64,000 nucleotides of DNA from an uncultured bacterium (GTDB lineage: Bacteria; Omnitrophota; Omnitrophia; Omnitrophales; Aquincolibacteriaceae). A program made the translations under genes and the position numbers. Under the pieces are notes generated by a model. The model saw only the letters and a program-made list of their open reading frames with translations, made no database searches and was not told where the DNA came from. The stretch's first letter is position 1. Each line of letters begins with the position of its first letter. This document shows, piece after piece, positions 11,222 through 20,938 of this stretch. The stretch is from assembly GCA_964482725.1 (NCBI GenBank), contig CAYZYT010000006.1, positions 19,777-83,776 on the forward strand, read 5' to 3'.

Positions 11222-12736
11222 TTAAGCGTCAAAAAGGCTGACGGTGGAAAAGTCGGTGTCACTGGTGACATTGATCCCGAGCCGCTTCAGCCCCTTGTCA
11301 TCCCCCGAAGTCGGGATATGGGTCATATGGGCTTCGCAACCGCTCAACTCCTTGAGTTTTGCCATAGCGGCCTCAGCTGAGGGATTGGTGGCAGCACTAA
11401 TGCTCAGGGCCACCAAGATCTCATCCAGGTTCAGACTGACGGCGTGAAATCCCATGATATCCTGTTTGAGACGTCCGATAGATTCAATCACCCCGAGCGA
11501 CAAAAGATGGATACTGTCGGGAATGCCGGCAAGTTTCTTGACGGCATTCAGCACAAGGCTCGAGGCCGCGTGCATGAGCGGCGTATTTTTCCCGGTCACG
11601 ATCGATCCATCATGAAGTTCGATCGCCGCACCGCAACAAATCCCTTTATTGCCCTCACCGAGACGGAGCGATTCCCGGGACATTTCCCGCGCAGGGAGCA
11701 CCACGCGCCGGTCATCGCTTTTCGCGTCCAGCTCCTTCATCAAAAGTTCTGTCCTTTGCGCTGCTTCTTTTTCCACGTAGCCCATGACGTATTCGCAGGA
11801 ATAACGGAAATACCGCGAGATCACTTCCTGGACGGCAGCCTTGCGAACGATCTCGTCATCCACGATCCCAAAACCGGCACAGTTAACGCCCATGTCCGTC
11901 GGCGATTTATAGACCGAGCGATTCCCCATGATCTTCTTGAGGATCCTCTGAACCACCGGAAAGATCTCAAGATCGCGATTGTAGTTTACCGTGGTCTTGT
12001 GATGGGCCTCCAGGTGGAACGAATCGATCATGTTGACGTCCCCCAGATCCGCAGTCGCCGCTTCGTAGGCAATGTTCACGGGATGCTTGAGCGGCAGGTT
12101 CCAGATCGGAAAGGTCTCGAACTTCGAATAACCGCTTTCAAGGCCTTTCACATGATCATGATAAATCTGGGAAAGACAGGTCCCCAGTTTGCCGCTGCCG
12201 GGCCCAGGTCCCGTCACGATCACGATCGGATTTTTTGTCTCGATATGCTCGTTAGCGCCATACCCCTCCGGGCTCACGATCATTTCCACATCGGTAGGAT
12301 ACCCTTTGGTAAACCGGTGCGTATAGACACGAACACCGCGCCGCTCCAGTTTATTCTTAAAAATCTTGGCCGCAGGCTGCTCGGTAAATCGCGTGATCAC
12401 CACCGCCGTGACCCTCAACCCCCATGTCTTCAGATCATCGATCAGCTTGAAAGCATCCGCATCATAGGTAATCCCGAAATCCGCGCGAAGCTTCCGCCGC
12501 TCAATGGCCCCGGCATGGATGCAAAGGATGATGTCGATCTTGTCCTTCAGTTTTTGGAGGAGCCGCATCTTGACGTTGGGATCATATCCGGGCAGGACGC
12601 GCGCGGCATGATGATCGAAAAGCAATTTTCCGCCGAACTCGATATAAAGTTTGTTGCTGTATTTTTTGACCCGCTTGAGAATGGCTTCCGACTGTTCCTT
12701 CAGATATTTGTCGTTATCAAAACCTGTTTTTTTCAT
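11222..12736 (-). CDS. DUF1846/UPF0371 family protein
   Basis: It is 504 aa. It is collinear with the UPF0371 family as I recall it (LYIEFGGKLL.DHHAARVLPGYDP, TGPGPGSGKL, KFETFPIWNLPLKHPVNIAYEAATADL). Confidence 0.65.
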   Translation of the reverse strand: MKKTGFDNDKYLKEQSEAILKRVKKYSNKLYIEFGGKLLFDHHAARVLPGYDPNVKMRLLQKLKDKIDIILCIHAGAIERRKLRADFGITYDADAFKLIDDLKTWGLRVTAVVITRFTEQPAAKIFKNKLERRGVRVYTHRFTKGYPTDVEMIVSPEGYGANEHIETKNPIVIVTGPGPGSGKLGTCLSQIYHDHVKGLESGYSKFETFPIWNLPLKHPVNIAYEAATADLGDVNMIDSFHLEAHHKTTVNYNRDLEIFPVVQRILKKIMGNRSVYKSPTDMGVNCAGFGIVDDEIVRKAAVQEVISRYFRYSCEYVMGYVEKEAAQRTELLMKELDAKSDDRRVVLPAREMSRESLRLGEGNKGICCGAAIELHDGSIVTGKNTPLMHAASSLVLNAVKKLAGIPDSIHLLSLGVIESIGRLKQDIMGFHAVSLNLDEILVALSISAATNPSAEAAMAKLKELSGCEAHMTHIPTSGDDKGLKRLGINVTSDTDFSTVSLFDA

Positions 12737-12827
12737 AAATCAAACCCCTCCCCTTGCGCGGCATCATTGCCTTGTGATTTCTTGCGGGATCGATATTTGG
12801 GACGGGCCCTGATCTCGTTTAAAATTT

Positions 12828-12886
12828 AAAGGTTATCAGGACCCGCCCTGCCCAACCTTTCAATCTTTATCGAGGACAGGACGGGC
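12828..12886 (+). repeat. Third copy of a conserved intergenic element, in opposite orientation to the copies at 8845-8912 and 36161-36225
   Basis: aaaggttatcaggacccgccctgcccaacc matches the reverse complement of ggttgccaggacgggtcccattaacctttg. Confidence 0.5.
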
Positions 12887-12956
12887 TGAATTCTAACACG
12901 CGGGACAAAAAGAAAGAACGGGTTAATTGACCCCCTCAGGGGTTTTCTCCAAGGGA

Positions 12957-13022
12957 GTCATCCTGAGCCCTGCGAAGGATCTGAGCTTGAGATTTTTCAC
13001 CGCTTCGAGGTTCAGAATGACG
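12957..13022. repeat. Hairpin repeat with GTCATCC...GAATGAC termini (VILSPAKDL type)
   Basis: The sequence is gtcatcctgagccctgcgaaggatctgagc...gttcagaatgacg. The plus-strand ORF 12927..13340 is its translation artefact. Confidence 0.6.
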
Positions 13023-13046
13023 CGACCGGGGTTTTCCAGCGACCTG

Positions 13047-13823
13047 TTAAGCGCCGATGCCGGGCTCGTAGCCGGAAAGCATAGCGACCACTTCCCCGAG
13101 AACGGGGACCTTGACCTTCATCACGAGCGGAATGCGACGCTCGTCCAGGCTCATCCAGCCACGGACTTTTCCGCGACGGACAAAAAAACCTTCGAACAAA
13201 ATGATCGGCTCGACTTCGACCGCCTGAAAAACACCCACATCCTCGATCTTCATTTCCTTAATGCCATGCGTAACAACTTCAAGGTCCCAGTTCTTTTCAT
13301 CCGCATTGACCGGGATCAGGGTCTTGGAATCGGGTTTTAGATCCTGCATCCGGAGCCAATAGCAGCAAGAGATCTGGTCCTGGACGTTCTGCGGGACGAA
13401 CATTTCCTTCCGGCTGTTGTCCTTGCGGGAATAAAATCGGCCGACATGCTCGTCCTGGTTATATTCCATCGACTCGTCCGTCCAGTAACTTCCCTCTTTG
13501 ATCTTTTTTTCGTAACGAAGAGAATGAAAATGCTCAGCATCGATATAGGTGTGATGCGTGTCCCGAACCTTGTAGATCCAGTCGAGGATCGCGCGAGACC
13601 GGACGTTGATCTCGATATGATAAGCATCGCGCCCGTTCACTTTCACAAGTCCTTTGACTTCGGCCTCCGCCTCCCCCACCGTGATCCCGAGATAACTGAC
13701 TTCAAACTTTATTTTCTCTCCGAGAAAGATCTTCGCCGCGGGTTTTTCAGAGGCTGGGAAAATTTTTTCCGGCTCGGGGGCGGAAAACCCCATGGGGATC
13801 AAGACCAGCATAAACATTGTCAT
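13047..13823 (-). CDS. DUF3108-like secreted protein
   Basis: It has a signal peptide MTMFMLVLIPMGFSAP and then beta-rich blocks (IKFEVSYLGITVGEAEAEV...). The track ORF continues to 13943 only by reading through the hairpin repeat. Confidence 0.45.
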   Translation of the reverse strand: MTMFMLVLIPMGFSAPEPEKIFPASEKPAAKIFLGEKIKFEVSYLGITVGEAEAEVKGLVKVNGRDAYHIEINVRSRAILDWIYKVRDTHHTYIDAEHFHSLRYEKKIKEGSYWTDESMEYNQDEHVGRFYSRKDNSRKEMFVPQNVQDQISCCYWLRMQDLKPDSKTLIPVNADEKNWDLEVVTHGIKEMKIEDVGVFQAVEVEPIILFEGFFVRRGKVRGWMSLDERRIPLVMKVKVPVLGEVVAMLSGYEPGIGA

Positions 13824-13880
13824 TCCCGCGAAAGCGGGGATCCAGAATCTGGATCCCCGATAGAAGATTTCGGGGATGAC
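13819..13880. repeat. Nested palindromic hairpin-repeat element (complete, gene-less copy A)
   Basis: The sequence is gtcattcccgc-gaaa-gcggg GATCCAGAATCTGGATC cccga-tagaagatt-tcggggatgac. It consists of two terminal hairpins and a central 9+9 palindrome. It translates as ...RFWIPAFAGMT. Confidence 0.8.
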
Positions 13881-13914
13881 GCATTTTCGGCAAAGACAAA
13901 ACTTTCGCATATTT

Positions 13915-14664
13915 TTAATTCCGGATAGTTCCGTCAAGACCAACCACGACCCTCTTAACGGGAAGATGGGTTCCGGAAAGCTCGACCGCTTCCTGGACCA
14001 TACGAAAGAGGCCGGTGCAGCACGGCACTTCCATGATCACCACGGTCAGCGAATAAACTGTGTTGTTCTTGAGAAGTTCCGCGATCTTCTCGACATAACC
14101 CCCGGTCTCATCGAGCTTGGGACACGCGATCGCGAGTCTCTTGCCCTTGAGCATATCCTGATGAAAACTTCCGAGCGCAAAGGCGGTGCAGTCCGCGGCG
14201 ATCAAAAGATCACATTCCTTAAAATAGGGCGCAACCGGTGAGATCAAATGCAGCTGGATCGGCCACTGGCTGAGCTCCGAGGGGGCGGGACCCGAAAAGC
14301 CTTCCTTTTTTCCGGAGACTTCAGATTTTATCTCACGAGCCATGGACCCCGGACACCCGCCGAAATGCGGCATGCCGTCAGAAGCTCCGTGGACTTTTTT
14401 AGCAGCCTCGAATCCCTGGGTCTTCATGACATGGTGAAAAGCCGCCTTGGCATCATACTCGTCGCTATCCCTTTCGATGATCTTAAGAGCATCGACAGGA
14501 CAAACATTGAGACACGCTCCCATTCCGTCACAAAAAATTTCTTTAACGAGCATGGCTTTTTTTTGTTCATCCAACACCAAAGCGCCTTCTGCACAGGCCT
14601 GGGTACAAAGTCCGCACCCGTTGCATTTTTCCCGGTCGATCTCGATGATCTTACGCTTGGCCAT
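13915..14664 (-). CDS. 4Fe-4S dicluster domain protein
   Basis: It has two CxxCxxCxxxCP motifs near the N-terminus (CNGCGLCTQAC, CDGMGACLNVCP) and further Cys clusters at the C-terminus. Confidence 0.6.
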   Translation of the reverse strand: MAKRKIIEIDREKCNGCGLCTQACAEGALVLDEQKKAMLVKEIFCDGMGACLNVCPVDALKIIERDSDEYDAKAAFHHVMKTQGFEAAKKVHGASDGMPHFGGCPGSMAREIKSEVSGKKEGFSGPAPSELSQWPIQLHLISPVAPYFKECDLLIAADCTAFALGSFHQDMLKGKRLAIACPKLDETGGYVEKIAELLKNNTVYSLTVVIMEVPCCTGLFRMVQEAVELSGTHLPVKRVVVGLDGTIRN

Positions 14665-14671
14665 AGCTCTC

Positions 14672-15763
14672 TCAGAGGGACTTTTTCTTTATCATTTCCA
14701 TCGCTTCATCGGGCGTCAGGTCTTTCAAACACGCGATCGTCGGACACTGCTTATTGTAACGGAATTTGTAATAACAGGGACGGCATTCGAGGTCCCGTTT
14801 AAAAATGGCGATCGCGTCATGCGAAGGCGGGAACGGTCCGTAGACCTCGGGCGACACGGGACCATAAAACGCAATGAGCGGCACATGGAGCGCGCGCGCC
14901 AAATGCACCAGACCTCCGTCATTCCCGATAAAAAGCGAGGATTTCGTCAGTACCATGGCCGTTTGCGCAAGCCGAGTCTCCCCCGCTAATACAACCGAGG
15001 GCGGCTTGAGCATCGCCTGTAATTCTTCACAAAGCGCCCGCTCGGAGCGGCTGCCCAGGATAGCAACGCCATGAAAGCCCCGCTCCGCCTGAAGCTTTGC
15101 GATCAACTCCGCGAAATATTTCACGGGCCAACGTTTGAAAGCAGCCTCTTTCCCCCAAGAGTCTCCCCCGCCGGGGGCGACCGCGAGAAAACGCTCCGGC
15201 AGAAGCCTGATCTTGTCGGCGACCTCGACTTCGATCAACGACGTGGGCCTGGGGAAATAATATTCCAGAAAACGGTCTTCCACGGGGATTCCGGCCGCTT
15301 CAGCAAGATCACAATAAAAGTCCACGGCATGCCGCTTCCAGAACGCCTCCGGAAGCGGGAAGCGGATATTATGAAACGTTGCGCGTTTTTTGTACGCGAA
15401 TCCCGCGCAGCGCGGAATCCCCAGAAAGAACCGGCCGAAAAAAGCATGCTCGCGCCGGAGCGAATAATCCAGGATCAGGTCATAATGCTTCGCCCGGAGC
15501 TTCCGGCCCAAATCCCAACTGTCGCGAAGATTTTCCAGCCAACTCTGACGATGGGCGCGATCCTTATCCACGACAAAAATATCATCGATGTGAGGATTAT
15601 TTTCCACAACCTCGCGTGTCCGGGACCCCAAAAGCAGATCGACGGTCTCGACCGTCGGGATGAGGCGCAACGCGCGCATCACCGGCGTCACAAAAAGAAG
15701 ATCCCCGATCCCATACGGATGCACGATCAAAATGCGTCTTAAGGTTCTCATACCTCGCTTCAC
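14672..15763 (-). CDS. Glycosyltransferase family 9 (ADP-heptose:LPS heptosyltransferase-like)
   Basis: It has the N-terminus RILIVHPYGIGDLLFVTPVMRAL and a C-terminal GNDGGLVHLA(R)ALHVPLIA block. Confidence 0.8.
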   Translation of the reverse strand: MKRGMRTLRRILIVHPYGIGDLLFVTPVMRALRLIPTVETVDLLLGSRTREVVENNPHIDDIFVVDKDRAHRQSWLENLRDSWDLGRKLRAKHYDLILDYSLRREHAFFGRFFLGIPRCAGFAYKKRATFHNIRFPLPEAFWKRHAVDFYCDLAEAAGIPVEDRFLEYYFPRPTSLIEVEVADKIRLLPERFLAVAPGGGDSWGKEAAFKRWPVKYFAELIAKLQAERGFHGVAILGSRSERALCEELQAMLKPPSVVLAGETRLAQTAMVLTKSSLFIGNDGGLVHLARALHVPLIAFYGPVSPEVYGPFPPSHDAIAIFKRDLECRPCYYKFRYNKQCPTIACLKDLTPDEAMEMIKKKSL

Positions 15764-16812
15764 TCCTTCTCTTTTTTAGAGAGGATAAGATCTTTTGCCG
15801 CACGATACACATCCTCCACCGCGATCTCATCGATATAGGTGAACTTCCGCTCGGCTGCGGGAACATGGGAAACATCTTTCGCGACTACGCGCGAGTTCTT
15901 CCCCAACGGTTGCCACCGTTGGGGCCCGAGGCCCGCTTCATACCTCCCAAAAATGGAAACCACCGGCGTGCCGACCGCCGTCGCGATATGGACAGGCCCG
16001 GAGTCATTGGAAACCAGCAAGGCCGATCTCTTCAAAAGCGCGCCCAGTTGCCCCAGCGAAAGCTTTCCACTCAGGTCAAAGATCGGAACGGGGGTGTGTT
16101 TTATCAGCTTTTGAATGATGGGTCGATCTTTGGCAGTTCCGATCGCGAGAAAGACGCTGGGATGATCTTTTTGGATCCGCGTCACAAGCTCGGCAAAGCG
16201 CTCCGAAGGCCACATTTTGGTCCCATCGCTCGCTGAAGGATTCAAAACGATCCACGGAAGATCGCAAGGGATTTTATGGAAGAGGCGCAAGGACTCGAAA
16301 GACCGAACGGATCGATCCGGGACAGGGAAAAAGGTCGCGATCTCTTGCGGCGGATTCACCCCCAGAAGACCCAGGAGTTCGAAAAGATATTCGGCCTCCT
16401 GTTTTTTTCCTTCTTTTTTATTGTAAGCGTACGCATGCGTCAGCGCCCAAGGCGCGCGGCGATCATAGCCGATACGCACGGGGATCCCCGCGAGCCACGC
16501 CGCCAAGTGCATCCGGTTCGTGCCGTGGGCGTGGACCACCGCATCGAATTTTTTGCTCCGGAGTTTTTGGCTGAAACAGCCTTGTCCCCAAAGCCCTCGT
16601 TCCTTCCCTTTTTTGTCATAGAGGATCACTTCATCAAGAAAGGGATTCCCCTGAACGATCTCGCGATGTTCGAGGAACACCCCCATTGCGATCCAGGCCT
16701 TCGGGAATTTTTCGCGTAAGGCTTTTAAAAGCGGTGTGGTGAGGACCAGATCCCCGATGCGATCTGTCCGCGTTATGAGAAAACGTGGGGCGTCAGGCAG
16801 CTTGAGCGGCAT
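15760..16812 (-). CDS. Glycosyltransferase family 9 heptosyltransferase-like paralogue
   Basis: It has RFLITRTDRIGDLVLTTPLLKAL and SNDSGPVHIATAVGTPVVSIFG. It overlaps its neighbour by 4 nt. Confidence 0.8.
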   Translation of the reverse strand: MPLKLPDAPRFLITRTDRIGDLVLTTPLLKALREKFPKAWIAMGVFLEHREIVQGNPFLDEVILYDKKGKERGLWGQGCFSQKLRSKKFDAVVHAHGTNRMHLAAWLAGIPVRIGYDRRAPWALTHAYAYNKKEGKKQEAEYLFELLGLLGVNPPQEIATFFPVPDRSVRSFESLRLFHKIPCDLPWIVLNPSASDGTKMWPSERFAELVTRIQKDHPSVFLAIGTAKDRPIIQKLIKHTPVPIFDLSGKLSLGQLGALLKRSALLVSNDSGPVHIATAVGTPVVSIFGRYEAGLGPQRWQPLGKNSRVVAKDVSHVPAAERKFTYIDEIAVEDVYRAAKDLILSKKEKE

Positions 16813-17755
16813 TCAGAAGCTCCAGAGAAAGCTCGACCACTTTTTCCGGTTTGAGTCCATGGAAGCAACTCCGCTCGGAAGGGATCAGTTTTTCGGATCC
16901 GCAGGCACAGGTTTGAGCCTCTCCCCGCGCGATGCGGAATTTCGGACCCGCGTGGCCGTACTTCTCATGGTCCGTGGGGCCAAAGATCCCGACGGTCGGC
17001 GTGCCCAATTCGAACCCAAGATGCATGATCGCGCTATCGTTGGCGAGTACAAGCGACGCGTTCGCGATAAGCGCCACCGTCTCGGGCAAAACCAGATCCC
17101 CGCAAAGCACTCCGACGATCCCGGAAAGTTCCGCCCGGATGCTGTCGGCCACCGGCCTTTCCTCCAGAGTTCCCACCAAAAGGATCTTCTTCCCGGTCTT
17201 CTCGTGAAGCGCCCGGATCACTTCTTTAAAATCCCGAACCGGCCATCGCTTCCGCTCGCTAGCGGCCCCGGCCGCCACGAGGATCCATCCGCTCTTTTCC
17301 TGGATCCCTGCCACTTCCAGAGCGCGCATTGCAAACACCTCATCCGCTTTGTTGAAGAAATGAAAAAGAGAGGGGGCCGGGATATCCGGTTCCACGGTCG
17401 CAAGCATTTCGAAATGGCGGTCCCGCATATTGACCTTGGAGAATTTCCTGAAGAGAGGCGTCCGCTTCTTGCAGGAGACCAGGAACGGGATCATGGTATT
17501 CCGGAGATCTACTACAAGGTCATATTTTGCCTTGCGAAGTTCCAAAATGAATTTCACCTTTTGCCAAAAGGTAGCTTTCTTGTCATAGATCACGATCTTG
17601 TGGATGTCGGGACTTCGCTGGAGCACACTCCGCGCACGCGGCCCCACCACCACCGTGAGGCGCGCCTCAGGGTATTTCTGGACAAGCGCCATGATGACCG
17701 GCGTCGTGAGAATGACATCGCCGAAATTACTAAGCGTCACCACAAGGATATTCAT
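16793..17755 (-). CDS. Glycosyltransferase family 9 heptosyltransferase-like paralogue
   Basis: It has MNILVVTLSNFGDVILTTPVIMAL and ANDSAIMHLGFELGTPTVGIFGPTD. Confidence 0.8.
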   Translation of the reverse strand: MNILVVTLSNFGDVILTTPVIMALVQKYPEARLTVVVGPRARSVLQRSPDIHKIVIYDKKATFWQKVKFILELRKAKYDLVVDLRNTMIPFLVSCKKRTPLFRKFSKVNMRDRHFEMLATVEPDIPAPSLFHFFNKADEVFAMRALEVAGIQEKSGWILVAAGAASERKRWPVRDFKEVIRALHEKTGKKILLVGTLEERPVADSIRAELSGIVGVLCGDLVLPETVALIANASLVLANDSAIMHLGFELGTPTVGIFGPTDHEKYGHAGPKFRIARGEAQTCACGSEKLIPSERSCFHGLKPEKVVELSLELLNAAQAA

Positions 17756-18894
17756 GCTTTTCTCAAGATCCTTTCGACCGCATCCAAAACCTCTTCCGGA
17801 GCGATCCGGGAGAGCCAGCCTTCGTCGGGAATGTCTTTACCGAAAAACGGGACTGAATAACCCGGCGGGACATATTGTAACACGATGCTTTCGCCGATCC
17901 CACGGGGTCCGGTGAGCTTCGGATCGGTCGGGCCAAAAAGGGCGATGACCGGAGCGCCGACGCCGGAGGCGATATGCATGGGCCCGGAATCCCCCGTCAC
18001 GAGGCACGCCGCCTGCTGGTAGATCGCGGCGGAGACACGGAGTCCCGTCTTCCCGACCAAGGAAATGATCTTCGCAAGACGAACCTTTGAGATAAATTCC
18101 TCGAAGAGAACCTGATCGTTCCGAGAACCCGTCACCACGATGGGGCATTTCCATTTCTCCTGGATCTTCTCCGCGAGCGCCGCAAAATGCCCGGCCGGCC
18201 AGCGCTTTGGCTCCCAGTTCGCTCCCAGATGAAAACAAATGTATTTGTCATTATTTTGGATGCCGTGTGCCCCGAGGATCTCACGCGCCGCTTGCGCGTC
18301 CTCTTCCTTATAAAAGAAACGGTACTCCTTTTCCGCCGGAAGTTCGAACCCGGCCTCCTTCATCAGATTGAAAAAATAATCCAGCTGGTGCATCGGCCGC
18401 GCGGGCTCTTCGATCGCCTGCGTCAAAAACAATTTCCGCCCTTTTCCGTAACCGGTGCGTTCCTTGACCCCGGCAAGCGCGAGGAAGATCGCGCGGGATC
18501 GGGAACGGTGAAAAAGATAACCCCGGTCCCAGGGCCCGCGCCTCCTCAGCTCCAGAAGGAATCGCATTCTCGCAAGCCAGGTGCGGTGTGTGCTTTTCTC
18601 GTCAAAGCTCAAAAAATCCGAAACCGCAGGATGCGCTTCCAGGATCTCCCGGCACCGCTCGGGTGCGATGCAAGTGATCGACGCCCCAGGATATTTTTGT
18701 TTGATCCGATCAAGCGCGGGCATCTGGAAAAGCAGGTCCCCGAGCCAGTTTTTCATCACGACAACGATCTTAGGGGACACGCCTTGAGGGAGGACCTGCC
18801 CTCCGCGAAGGGATCCGTTTTTAGCGGAGTTCATAAGCTGAGCACCCTTTGGCAATGTTCGAACACTTCTTCCACGGAAATATGCGAGAGACAA
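17752..18894 (-). CDS. Glycosyltransferase family 9 heptosyltransferase-like paralogue. The start is probably internal, near 18834 or later.
   Basis: It has KIVVVMKNWLGDLLFQMPAL and TGDSGPMHIASGVGAPVIALFGPTD. The 5' end of the ORF overlaps the upstream gene by 64 nt. Confidence 0.75.
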   Translation of the reverse strand: MSLAYFRGRSVRTLPKGAQLMNSAKNGSLRGGQVLPQGVSPKIVVVMKNWLGDLLFQMPALDRIKQKYPGASITCIAPERCREILEAHPAVSDFLSFDEKSTHRTWLARMRFLLELRRRGPWDRGYLFHRSRSRAIFLALAGVKERTGYGKGRKLFLTQAIEEPARPMHQLDYFFNLMKEAGFELPAEKEYRFFYKEEDAQAAREILGAHGIQNNDKYICFHLGANWEPKRWPAGHFAALAEKIQEKWKCPIVVTGSRNDQVLFEEFISKVRLAKIISLVGKTGLRVSAAIYQQAACLVTGDSGPMHIASGVGAPVIALFGPTDPKLTGPRGIGESIVLQYVPPGYSVPFFGKDIPDEGWLSRIAPEEVLDAVERILRKA

Positions 18895-20927
18895 GCCTTC
18901 GGTTCTTTCGCTTTACAGGTCCCCTCGTAGCAGGGCTGGCAGGAAAGGTGATGCGAAAGCACGTCGATCTTTTTCCCCGGAGGGACATGACGCTTGGCGT
19001 CCGTCGGTCCGAACAAGGCCACGATTGGAACATTCATCGCCGCGGCCATATGAAGCGGCGCGGTATCCCCGGTCACGACTAAATGGAATTGTTTGAAAAA
19101 AGCCGGCAATTCCTCCAACTCGGTTTTGCCGATAAGGTCGAGGATCTTACCGGCCCCGAAGGAGTAAAAAGGTTGCCCGAGATCCGCTTCGTCAGGAGAA
19201 CCGATCAGGACGATCCGTGCGTCATATTTCTCGAGCAGCCGCTTGGCCAGAGCGACAAAATGCTCCGCGGGCCAGCGCTTGCTCGGCCAGTTCGGGCTGG
19301 ACCCCATGACAAACCCGATGATCCGTGTGGATTCTCCGGGTTCGAGGGTCTGCATCCTCTGTTGCGCTTTTTCAAGACTCTCGGGTTTCGGCCATAGCTC
19401 CAGCGTATCGTCGAATTTGATGACCCCGGCCTTGGACAGCACGCGAAATTGATGGCGAAGAGGCGAATCGCCGACCTCGAAAGTCCTGTCGGGCCGGTTC
19501 AGAAGCCATCCCCATCTCCCGCGCGCAAAACCGAAACGCTGGACCGCCCCGCCCAGATACGCCAGAAGATGCGTCCATTTGTTATTGTGAAGATCGACCG
19601 ACATATCGAAACCTTCCCGGCGGACGCGTCGCGCGGTCTTTAAAAGATAAAAAATGTTCGAAAGCTTTTTCCGTTCCACCAGGATCATGTCATCCAGGTA
19701 CGGACAGGCGGAAACGATCGGGGCGAGCTTGCGATCGACCAGGAGCGTGATCGCGGCGTCGGGAAAACGTTCCTTGAGCATTCGAAGACTCGGCACGACC
19801 AGGATGAGATCCCCCATCGCCCCCAGTTTGATCACGAGGATCCTTCGCCGCTTACGGACTTCCTGGTAGACCTCGAGCGTTTTCCGGACCATCTGTTCCA
19901 GGTTGAATTTCTCCTCCACTTTTTTCCGCAGTTTCACCGCAAATGCCTTCGCCTTATCCCGGTCCGTCAAAAGCTCGTACATCGCCTCGGCCATCGCGGG
20001 GATATTCCTCGGGGGGAAAAGCAATCCATTCTCATTGTGATCCAGGATGTCCGGCACGCCACCCAGCCAGGTCGCAGCCACAGGGGTCCCCACAGCGCCC
20101 GCCTCAATGATCACACGCCCGAAAGGTTCCGGGATGAGCGAGGAAAGCACCAAAAGATCGGACTCGGCCAAAAGCCCCGCGACATCACGCGTCGGCGGCA
20201 GGATCTTGACGCAGGATTCGAGTCCAAACTGATGGACCGTTTTTTTCATCAGGTCCGTGTAGCGGTGTTTGCCGCGGCCTTCGGAGCCAACGATCCACAC
20301 TTCAAAATGGGAGAGCCGGCTGCGCAATAAATGAATGGCTTTGAGAAATTCCACCTGGCCTTTGGCCGGGGAGAACCGTCCGATATGGATGATCCGCATC
20401 GGTCCTTTGTGTTTTTCGAATTTCGCAAAAGAGAAAGTGAATTGTGAAAGATCGACGCCGCGAGGGATCAATCGAATGCGGTCCGGAGGAACATTGAACT
20501 CGTCGATCATCCTCCGGCCGATCGCATGTGACGCCACGATCACGCGCTTCCCCCACCCCATAACATAGCTCATCGGATGAACGGAATAATGCCCGTGACA
20601 GGTGGTGATAAAGGGAATACCGGTCTTGCGCGCCGCGAGCCATCCGAGCCAGGCTGGGACGCGGCTGCGGGCGTGAATAATATCCACGCGTTCCCGCTGG
20701 ATGATCTTCACAAGCTCTTCCACCAGGAATAATCCGGCAAGCGATTTCTGGTGAACAGGCAGGCCGTAATGCGGGATCCCGATCTTCTGAAGCTCGGCCA
20801 CAAGCGATCCGCCGGAGGAAACGACCAGCGTTGCGTGTCCTTCTTTTTTCATGGCACGGGCCAGGTCCACCACCCCGCGTTCGGTCCCTCCGAGCTCAAG
20901 CGCCGGCAAAAGCTGCATTACTTTCAT
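18831..20927 (-). CDS. Bifunctional glycosyltransferase with an N-terminal GT4 (GT-B, EX7E) domain fused to a C-terminal GT9 heptosyltransferase-like domain
   Basis: Residues 1-350 have GT4 hallmarks (MKVMQLLPALELGGTERGV..., EPFGRVIIEAGAVGTPVAA). Residues 360-698 carry the GT9 pattern (ILVIKLGAMGDLILVVPSL..., TGDTAPLHMAAAMNVPIVALFGPTD). Confidence 0.75.
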   Translation of the reverse strand: MKVMQLLPALELGGTERGVVDLARAMKKEGHATLVVSSGGSLVAELQKIGIPHYGLPVHQKSLAGLFLVEELVKIIQRERVDIIHARSRVPAWLGWLAARKTGIPFITTCHGHYSVHPMSYVMGWGKRVIVASHAIGRRMIDEFNVPPDRIRLIPRGVDLSQFTFSFAKFEKHKGPMRIIHIGRFSPAKGQVEFLKAIHLLRSRLSHFEVWIVGSEGRGKHRYTDLMKKTVHQFGLESCVKILPPTRDVAGLLAESDLLVLSSLIPEPFGRVIIEAGAVGTPVAATWLGGVPDILDHNENGLLFPPRNIPAMAEAMYELLTDRDKAKAFAVKLRKKVEEKFNLEQMVRKTLEVYQEVRKRRRILVIKLGAMGDLILVVPSLRMLKERFPDAAITLLVDRKLAPIVSACPYLDDMILVERKKLSNIFYLLKTARRVRREGFDMSVDLHNNKWTHLLAYLGGAVQRFGFARGRWGWLLNRPDRTFEVGDSPLRHQFRVLSKAGVIKFDDTLELWPKPESLEKAQQRMQTLEPGESTRIIGFVMGSSPNWPSKRWPAEHFVALAKRLLEKYDARIVLIGSPDEADLGQPFYSFGAGKILDLIGKTELEELPAFFKQFHLVVTGDTAPLHMAAAMNVPIVALFGPTDAKRHVPPGKKIDVLSHHLSCQPCYEGTCKAKEPKACLSHISVEEVFEHCQRVLSL

Positions 20928-20938
20928 AGAATCGTTGG

